Shown: one piece after another, positions 56,132 through 64,000 of the stretch | Layout of the letters: each line of letters opens with the position of its first letter | Numbering within the stretch: the stretch's first letter is position 1 | Origin: Ilumatobacteraceae bacterium | GTDB lineage: Bacteria; Actinomycetota; Acidimicrobiia; Acidimicrobiales; Ilumatobacteraceae | Length of the DNA: 64,000 nt | NCBI GenBank assembly: GCA_050248155.1 | Contig: JBFWSW010000005.1 | Location: 17,578-81,577, forward strand | Reading direction: 5' to 3' | The notes under the pieces: generated by a model | Database searches by the model: none | What the model was told of the DNA's origin: nothing | What the model saw: the letters and a program-made list of their open reading frames with translations, nothing else | Translations under genes and position numbers: made by a program

Positions 56132-57445
56132 TCACTCCTCGTCACGATCGATCACGGGCTCGCATCCCAGCCGAACCGCTCGCGCCCGCAGTGCTCGCCG
56201 CTCGGCAGGGTTCTGGCTGAGCTCGATGGCGGTGCGGAAGGCGACGGCGGCCTCGGCGAGGTTGCCCGACCGGGCGAGGAGCTCGGCTCGGGTCGCGTGC
56301 AGCGGCTGGTAGCGGTCGAGCCGCGGGTCGTCGTCGAGCGTCGCGAGCATCGCCAGCCCGACGTGCGGGCCGTCGGCGAACGAGAGAGCCGCTGCCCGGT
56401 TCAGCGTCACGACCGGGGACGGTGAGAGCCGTTCGAGCTCGCCGTAGAGCGCGGCGATCTGGGGCCAGTCGGTGGCCTCCCACGTCGGCGCCTCGGCGTG
56501 GAGAGCCGCCACGGCAGCCTGCACCTGGAAGGGCCCCGGGGATGCCAGACCGAGGGCGTGGTCGAGCACCGCCGTGCCCTCGACGATCGCGTCGCGATCC
56601 CAACGAGATCGGTCCTGCTTGTCCAGGCCGACCGGTACACCGTCGACGTCGGTGCGCGCCGGCCGGCGAGCATCGGTGAGCAGCAGGAAGGCGAGCAGAC
56701 CGTGCGCCTCCGCCTGCCCGGGGACGAGCTCCACGACGAGCCGGGCGAGCCGGATTGCCTCCTCGCACAGATCGGCTCGCACGAGCGAGTCACCGCTCGT
56801 CGCGACGTGACCCTCGGTGTAGACGAGGTGGACCACGTGGAGCACACCGTTCAGCCGCTCGGGCAGTTCGTCGTCGGGCGGCACCCGGTACGGGATGCCG
56901 GCGGCCTTGATCTTGCGCTTGGCGCGAACGAGCCGCTGGTACATCGTCGTCTCGGTGGTCAGAAAGGCGCGGGCCACCTCGCGCACCTCGAGGCCGCCGA
57001 CAGCTCGGAGCGTGAGCGCCACCCGCGCGTCGAGCGCGAGCGCCGGGTGGCAGCACGTGAACAGCAAACGCAGCCGGTCGTCGGTGACGCCACTGCGATC
57101 GTGACCATGGTCGTCGGCAGGCACCGACTCGTTCTCGTCGCGCACGAGGGCTTCCAGATGGTCGAGAGCAGCTTGATGGGCGGTGCGGGTGCGGTCGCGC
57201 CGAAGGGCGTCGATCGCTCGGCGCCGGGCGACGGTCGTCAGCCAGCCGCCCGGCCGGGACGGCACGCCACGTGCGGGCCACTCGACCGTCGCCGCGGCGA
57301 ACGCCTCGGCGACGGCTTCTTCCGCGAGCCCGATGTCACCGCCCACCTGGCCGGCGAGCGTCGCGAGCAGTGCTGTCCACTCCTCGCGATATGCGCGCTC
57401 GATGGCCAAGTGGGCGGCGGCCCGTTCGGACGCATCAGGTGCCAA
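56132..57445 (-). CDS. Sigma-70 family (ECF-like) sigma factor with long C-terminal helical extension
   Basis: Contains ERAYREEWTALLATLAGQVG ... GWLTTVARRRAIDALRR, a region 4 element and a C-terminal extension of about 230 aa. It is paired with a YCII gene, as commonly seen. Confidence 0.8.
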   Translation of the reverse strand: MAPDASERAAAHLAIERAYREEWTALLATLAGQVGGDIGLAEEAVAEAFAAATVEWPARGVPSRPGGWLTTVARRRAIDALRRDRTRTAHQAALDHLEALVRDENESVPADDHGHDRSGVTDDRLRLLFTCCHPALALDARVALTLRAVGGLEVREVARAFLTTETTMYQRLVRAKRKIKAAGIPYRVPPDDELPERLNGVLHVVHLVYTEGHVATSGDSLVRADLCEEAIRLARLVVELVPGQAEAHGLLAFLLLTDARRPARTDVDGVPVGLDKQDRSRWDRDAIVEGTAVLDHALGLASPGPFQVQAAVAALHAEAPTWEATDWPQIAALYGELERLSPSPVVTLNRAAALSFADGPHVGLAMLATLDDDPRLDRYQPLHATRAELLARSGNLAEAAVAFRTAIELSQNPAERRALRARAVRLGCEPVIDRDEE

Positions 57446-57449
57446 CGGC

Positions 57450-57806
57450 TCAGCCCTGGCTGTGCGGCGACAGCGGCCTCACCTCGACGGACCCGTAGGT
57501 CACGTTCGGCATCCGGTTCGCCCATGCGAGGGCCGTGTCGAGGTCGGCGACATCGATCACGATGAAGCTGAAGAACAGCTCCTTCGTCTCGGCGAAGGGC
57601 CCGTCGGTGACGAGGACCTCACCGTCGCGATTGCGGACGGTCGTGGCGGTGGCCTCGGTGTCGAGGCCCAGGGCGCTGACCAGGGCGCCCGATGCGCCGA
57701 GCTCACCCATCAGCTGGCCCCACGTGGCCATCTCGGCGTCGAACTCGGGTGTTCCCTCGGCAGGGCCGGCGTCGGCAGCTTGGCGGAGCAAGAGCATGTA
57801 CTTCAT
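57450..57806 (-). CDS. YCII-related domain protein
   Basis: ATG 57806 is preceded by GAGGAGG. Contains MKYMLLL ... TDGPFAETKE. Confidence 0.85.
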   Translation of the reverse strand: MKYMLLLRQAADAGPAEGTPEFDAEMATWGQLMGELGASGALVSALGLDTEATATTVRNRDGEVLVTDGPFAETKELFFSFIVIDVADLDTALAWANRMPNVTYGSVEVRPLSPHSQG

Positions 57807-57978
57807 CTGAGCCTCCTCAGGCGTCGTGTCGGGTGTACGACGTTCGCCGTACACCGTGACGTCGTGCGGCCCCGCCCGATTCGACAACCACGACGAAGAT
57901 TCTTGCCGAGAAATCTGATGGGCAGCTGGAGGCCAGCGCGGGTCGGGCGGCGGCGCCCCTGCCCACGCGGCGCGTCCA

Positions 57979-58860
57979 TCAGGAGCGGGCAGCTTCGACG
58001 ATCACCCGCACCACGGCGTCGGGCTTCGACATCATCACGACGTGCGAGGCCCGCAGCTCGACGGTGCGCACCGCTCCGGCACGCTCGGCCATGAACCGGT
58101 GCAGCTCCGGCGGGATGGTGTTGTCATCCGTGCCGATGACGAACCACGACGGGATCGTCGCCCACGCCGGCGGGCCCGACGGACCTTCCAGCGCGGCGAG
58201 TTCGAGCGGCCGCTGCATCACCGCCATCGCCGCGGTCGTCCGGCGATCGAGGTCGGCCGCGAAGGCCTCACGGAACACGTCGGCGTTGATGTACGCCTCG
58301 AGTCCCGACTCGTTCGGATCGGTCGTCGGGTACGGGCGGATCGTGAGGTTCTCCGGGACGAGCATGCTGCCGGAGTACTTGTAGGCCAGATCGTTCACGG
58401 TCTCGCCCTCGGCCGGCGCGAACGCGTTGATGTAGACGAGCGCCTTCACGTCCGGATCGCCGGTCGCTGCATTGGTGATCACCATGCCGCCGTAGGAGTG
58501 GGCGACGAGGACGATCGGCCCCTCGATGGTGTCGAGCACGCTGCGGATGTACGCGGCATCACCGGCGACACCTCGAAGCGGGTTGGACGGAGCGATCGTC
58601 GTGTAGCCACGTGCCTGCAGGCGCCGGATGACGGCGTCGAAGCCGGACGCGTCGGCGAAGGAACCGTGTACGAGCACGATCGTCGGGCGGTCACGGTGAT
58701 GCCGCGCGAGAGGAGTGGACGCGGGAGACGATCTGGCAGCGCCACCGGCAGACGTGATCGAGGCGGGACCGACGCTGACGAGTCCGAGCACGCCGATCAG
58801 GACGGCTGCGAGGACGAGGCGTACGGAACGGGAACGGCGGGTGGTGGGGGTTGGATGCAT
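57979..58860 (-). CDS. Secreted alpha/beta hydrolase
   Basis: ATG 58860 has a signal-like N-terminus. Contains TIVLVHGSFAD and the nucleophile elbow VAHSYGG. Confidence 0.8.
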   Translation of the reverse strand: MHPTPTTRRSRSVRLVLAAVLIGVLGLVSVGPASITSAGGAARSSPASTPLARHHRDRPTIVLVHGSFADASGFDAVIRRLQARGYTTIAPSNPLRGVAGDAAYIRSVLDTIEGPIVLVAHSYGGMVITNAATGDPDVKALVYINAFAPAEGETVNDLAYKYSGSMLVPENLTIRPYPTTDPNESGLEAYINADVFREAFAADLDRRTTAAMAVMQRPLELAALEGPSGPPAWATIPSWFVIGTDDNTIPPELHRFMAERAGAVRTVELRASHVVMMSKPDAVVRVIVEAARS

Positions 58861-58949
58861 GGGGGGCTCCTTGGCTGAACCTCGGGCACCGGCGACCGTG
58901 CCGCCGGCCGGGTGCAGTGGAGACCGGCGAGCGATGCGATGTGTGACGG

Positions 58950-59279
58950 CTACCCGGCCGAGGGGCCGCAGCCGTGCAACCGATCGGCGACGCCGGCGAG
59001 GTCGAACACGCGCGTGCACACGTCGGACTCGGCGACCACCGTGAGGCTCGAACCGCACGTCGTCGCCCGCTCATGCGCAGCCAGCAACGCGCGCAGACCC
59101 GACGAACCGAAGAACTCGACGTCGGACATGTCGACCTCGACCCGGGCTCCTGGCTGCTCGACGAGCGGCAACAGGGCTGCCTCCAGCTCGGCGGATTCGA
59201 CGATGTCGAACTCGCCGTGGAGCAGCACGCACACCACGCCGCGCTCGATCTTGACCTGGTACCACCCCGGCTCGTCCAT
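58950..59279 (-). CDS. STAS-domain anti-sigma-factor antagonist-like protein
   Basis: Contains VLLHGEFDIVESAELEAAL ... VDMSDVEFFGSSGLRALL. Confidence 0.75.
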   Translation of the reverse strand: MDEPGWYQVKIERGVVCVLLHGEFDIVESAELEAALLPLVEQPGARVEVDMSDVEFFGSSGLRALLAAHERATTCGSSLTVVAESDVCTRVFDLAGVADRLHGCGPSAG

Positions 59280-59385
59280 GTGGGACGAAAGCTACCGAGC
59301 CGCCGGATACGCCCGCTCGACGTTCACCCGAAGGGATGAGCGGGTGGCGGAGCACCTGGGCCGACTAGCCTCGACCGGAAACCGA

Positions 59386-59410
59386 GGTGTGCCGGGAAGT
59401 CTGGTCGGCG
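59386..59410 (+). repeat. 25-nt exact repeat, copy A (GGTGTGCCGGGAAGTCTGGTCGGCG)
   Basis: Identical to 60775-60799. It ends 17 nt upstream of the nhaA GTG. Confidence 0.95.
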
Positions 59411-59427
59411 TGGACGAAGGAGTTTTC

Positions 59428-60714
59428 GTGGACCGCCGCCAACGACGCCCTCTGGTGCGCCTGCTCTCACCTCTGCGCGACTTCCTCGCGACCGAGGCAT
59501 CGGGCGCGATCCTGCTCGCTGGCGCTGCCGTCGCCGCCCTCGTCTGGGCGAACTCCCCGTGGTCCGGCTCGTACACCGATCTCTGGGAGAGCCACGCCGC
59601 GATCACCATCGCCGGCCACACGCTCGAGCTCAGCCTGCAGCACTGGATCAACGACGGGCTGATGACCATCTTCTTCCTCGTCGTCGGACTCGAGATCAAG
59701 CGCGAGCTCACCGACGGCCACCTCGCCTCGCGCCGGGCTGCCCTGCTACCAGGCGTCGCCGCGCTCGGCGGCATGGTGGTGCCCGCGTTGATCTACCTCG
59801 CGATCGCCGGCGGCACCGCCCCACGAGGTTGGGCCGTTCCGGTGGCAACTGACATCGCGCTCGCGGTCGGCATCCTCGCGGTCGCCGGCTCGCGCATCCC
59901 CTCGTCGCTGCGCGCCTTCCTGCTCGGGCTCGCGATCGTCGACGACATCGGCGCAATCGTCATCATCGCCGCCGTGTACTCCACCGGTCTCGCGTGGGGA
60001 TGGCTCGCTGCAGGCGTCGCCGGCATCCTCGCGACGTTGGCCGTGAGGACGATGGGCGTCCACTGGACCTGGGTGTACGCGGTGATCGGCGGCTTCGTGT
60101 GGTTCGCGCTGCACGAGGCGGGCGTCCACCCCACCATCGCCGGGGTCGCGATGGGCCTGCTCGCCCCGACGACCCCGCGGCTGCGCCCCGACCTGATCGA
60201 CGTCGACGAGCTCATCGATCTGTCCGACGCCGATGCGGCGAGGTCCACCAGCGCGCTCGCGAAGGGCTCGGTGTCGGTCGTCGAGTGGTTGCAGCACGTG
60301 TTGCACCCGTGGACGAGCTACGCCATCGTGCCGCTGTTCGCGCTTGCCAACAGCGGCATCGAGATCTCGAGTGATGGCCTGCGGGACGCGTTCGGTTCGC
60401 CGCTCACCTGGGGCATCATCGGCGGCCTCGTCATCGGCAAGCCCCTCGGTGTGGTGCTCGCGACTCGCGGCGCCGTCGCACTCCGGCTCGCCGACGATCC
60501 CGATGGGGCACAGCCGCGGCAGGTGCTGGGCATCGGCGCCGCAGCGGGGATCGGGTTCACGGTCGCGCTGTTCATCACCGAGCTCGCGTTCGACGACCCC
60601 GCCGATCGGGCCGACGCCAAGCTCGCGATCCTGGTCGCCTCGGTGCTCGCCGCAGCTCTGTCGAGCGTCGTGCTGACGACGAGTGGTCGCCGCCGCGCGG
60701 ACGCGCCGTCTTGA
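59428..60714 (+). CDS. nhaA: Na+/H+ antiporter NhaA
   Basis: GTG 59428 is preceded by GAAGGAG. Contains HWINDGLMTIFFLVVGLEIKRE and DIGAIVIIA. In-frame GTGs at 59389 and 59410 are alternative starts. Confidence 0.9.
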   Translation: MDRRQRRPLVRLLSPLRDFLATEASGAILLAGAAVAALVWANSPWSGSYTDLWESHAAITIAGHTLELSLQHWINDGLMTIFFLVVGLEIKRELTDGHLASRRAALLPGVAALGGMVVPALIYLAIAGGTAPRGWAVPVATDIALAVGILAVAGSRIPSSLRAFLLGLAIVDDIGAIVIIAAVYSTGLAWGWLAAGVAGILATLAVRTMGVHWTWVYAVIGGFVWFALHEAGVHPTIAGVAMGLLAPTTPRLRPDLIDVDELIDLSDADAARSTSALAKGSVSVVEWLQHVLHPWTSYAIVPLFALANSGIEISSDGLRDAFGSPLTWGIIGGLVIGKPLGVVLATRGAVALRLADDPDGAQPRQVLGIGAAAGIGFTVALFITELAFDDPADRADAKLAILVASVLAAALSSVVLTTSGRRRADAPS

Positions 60715-60774
60715 CATCGGCCGTTCACACGATCGCGCCGGTGCCCGAAATCTGACCTCTCTACCTTGGCGCCC

Positions 60775-60799
60775 GGTGTGCCGGGAAGTCTGGTCGGCG
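60775..60799 (+). repeat. 25-nt exact repeat, copy B
   Basis: Identical to 59386-59410. It begins 60 nt after the nhaA stop. Confidence 0.95.
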
Positions 60800-61100
60800 A
60801 ATGAGTGGATCGCGCTCGTACGTCGGCCTCACCCCTCACCGGAGAGGGTCTGAACCGCCGCACGTCGAGCGCTCTGAACGGGAGCGAGACGGTGAGGGCG
60901 AAGTCGACGAAACGAACACGGATCGAAGGGCGCTCCGTCGTCCTCCGGTCCGGCATCGTGACGCCTTCCTCCGATGCCGCGCGCCTGCCTCACGCTCGCC
61001 GACCTGATGCCTGTGGCTTTCACCGGCGAGCGTGCAACGAATCGGGACATCGACCCAGTTGCCTCCCAACTCGGCTCGGTGAGAGGGCGGCCGGCGACCA

Positions 61101-61167
61101 CGTCGTCCGCACGAGGAGGGCGGTCCGGCCCGGGCCAAGCGGGCCGGACCGCCCTCCCCCGACGACG
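61101..61167. other. Very stable extended hairpin (7-bp outer helix + perfect 17-bp helix, 9-nt loop) in the amt upstream region
   Basis: GGAGGGCGGTCCGGCCC (61115-61131) pairs with GGGCCGGACCGCCCTCC (61141-61157). The flanking CGTCGTC pairs with GACGACG. Confidence 0.7.
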
Positions 61168-61224
61168 CGACTCGGCCGCGGCGCGGCACGCACCAATCCA
61201 CTTACCCAACCACATGGAGGACAC

Positions 61225-62968
<1,744 letters not shown>

Positions 62969-62979
62969 CGTGATCACGA

Positions 62980-63014
62980 ACGTCGGCGACGGTGCACGTC
63001 ACCGTCGCCGACGT
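62980..63014. terminator. Perfect 15-bp stem / 5-nt loop hairpin between convergent glnK and the CPA1 gene (probable bidirectional terminator)
   Basis: ACGTCGGCGACGGTG-cacgt-CACCGTCGCCGACGT. It has no U-tract, as is common in high-GC actinobacteria. Confidence 0.55.
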
Positions 63015-63015
63015 C

Positions 63016-64000
63016 TCACGTCGAAGGAGAGGCCGACGACGGATCCTTCGGCTCGAAGGTCTTCGCGATCAGCACGTCGGTCGAGGAGTGGGCGATGATC
63101 GACGCCCCGACGACGATCGCGGCCAGATGGAAGATCTTCTCGGAGTCTGCGAGGCCGGCCTCGAGGACCATCAACGCGTACAGCACCGACGCGAAGCCCT
63201 TCGGACCGAACCAGTACGCGGTGAGGCGTTCCGCCCGCGAGAGGTCGAGCCCGACGAAGGCGCAGACGAGCGCGACCGGGCGGGCGAGCAACAGTGCCAG
63301 CGCGACGAAGGCGCCGTCGGCCAGGGAGAAGTCGACGAAGAACGAAGGTGACAGCACCGCAGCGAACGTCACGACCGCGAGCAGCTTGACGAGCTCGGCG
63401 AGCGTGTCGTCGAAGTCGGAGTCGACATCGGATTCCCTGCCGACGCTCATCACCGCCCCGGCGGCGAACGCGGCGAGGAACTCGTTGCCTCCGGTCAGTC
63501 CCGCAGCACCGAACACGACGACTCCGACCGCGAAGGTCTCCAGCCGTCCGTACTTCGGGGACGCATCGAACATCGTGAAGCGGATGGCGAAGCGGTAGAT
63601 CGCCCCGATGGCCGCCCCGAGCGCGACCCCGCCCAACGTCTCGGCGACGAGCGTTCCGATGTGCAAGGGTTCGTCCGAGAGCACCTCGATGAGCACGACG
63701 ACGACCGGCAGCGCCAAGCCGTCGTTCAACCCGCTCTCGATGTTCAACAGGCTCCGCACCCTCATCGGGATGTGGTGCCGGCCGATGATTGCTTGGGCGA
63801 ACACCGGATCGGTCGGGCCCAGCACCACGCCCAGCAACAGCGCGGGGACGAAGTCCAAGTCGCTGAGCAGCCAGGCGCACGCCGCGATCACGAGCGACGT
63901 GAGCGGAAGGCCGACAGCCAGCGCGCGGGTCGGCAGTCGCCACGACGGCCGCGCATCGTGGATCCGGAGGTGCATTCCGTCGGTGAACAGCACGAGGAAC
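63016..64000 (-). CDS. Cation:proton antiporter (CPA1/NhaP-like), C-terminal part; N-terminus beyond the window end
   Basis: Contains GPTDPV and SGLNDGLALPVV with multiple TM helices. The frame is open to the window edge. Confidence 0.75.
   Translation of the reverse strand, partial: FLVLFTDGMHLRIHDARPSWRLPTRALAVGLPLTSLVIAACAWLLSDLDFVPALLLGVVLGPTDPVFAQAIIGRHHIPMRVRSLLNIESGLNDGLALPVVVVLIEVLSDEPLHIGTLVAETLGGVALGAAIGAIYRFAIRFTMFDASPKYGRLETFAVGVVVFGAAGLTGGNEFLAAFAAGAVMSVGRESDVDSDFDDTLAELVKLLAVVTFAAVLSPSFFVDFSLADGAFVALALLLARPVALVCAFVGLDLSRAERLTAYWFGPKGFASVLYALMVLEAGLADSEKIFHLAAIVVGASIIAHSSTDVLIAKTFEPKDPSSASPST

Noticed and set aside
58296-58310. 9-nt match (TCGAGTCCC) to the tRNA T-arm as a possible att repeat
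   Set aside because: It is too short, lies inside a well-supported hydrolase gene, and does not include the tRNA 3' end.
60805-61224. 140-codon N-terminal extension of the ammonium transporter ORF
   Set aside because: The extension is Arg/Pro-rich and contains the large hairpin. A GTG with a GGAGG SD at 61225 gives a normal signal peptide and transporter start.

Overview
This is a high-GC (roughly 70 percent by eye) actinobacterial chromosomal segment, densely coding on both strands. No rRNA, CRISPR array, transposase or integrase was recognised. The gene order nrdR - LysM gene - lexA ... hflX - dapF - miaA - miaB ... recA parallels the mycobacterial Rv2718c-Rv2737c region. The window is therefore mostly core genome of an Actinomycetota lineage (inference).

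Main content, left to right:
- a partial ATP-dependent DNA ligase preceded by a PIN/RHH toxin-antitoxin pair, then SDR and acyl-CoA dehydrogenase genes;
- a 1661-aa PAS/GAF/GGDEF/EAL signalling protein in a same-strand string with an AI-2E permease, a repeat-built Cys-rich small ORF, a Kelch-repeat membrane protein and an ECF sigma factor, divergent from an S8 protease;
- an O2/iron-sensor-like neighbourhood (diiron MBL-fold protein, LuxR, hemerythrin);
- an NfnAB-like pair fused into an operon with ygeW, ygeY and carbamate kinase;
- an ornithine-decarboxylase-like gene and ribF;
- class II ribonucleotide reductase nrdJ interrupted by two LAGLIDADG inteins;
- a WYL regulator, nrdR, an SOS-controlled LysM gene and lexA;
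- dapC-like, hflX, dapF, miaA and miaB;
- recA interrupted by a third intein;
- tRNA-His and tRNA-Lys followed by a vapBC module;
- a YCII/sigma pair, nhaA, amt-glnK and a partial CPA1 antiporter.

Most noteworthy observations:
1. A gap-filling ORF carries hexapeptide repeats and nine cysteines at strict 3-residue spacing.
2. A TGTCA-N11-TAnnnT (RecA-NDp-like) promoter motif lies in front of both recA and the WYL regulator, next to classical Cheo-box promoters.
3. Three large inteins sit in DNA-metabolism genes.
4. An exact 25-nt direct repeat brackets nhaA.

All calls come from reading the translations and the sequence by eye. No database search was run.
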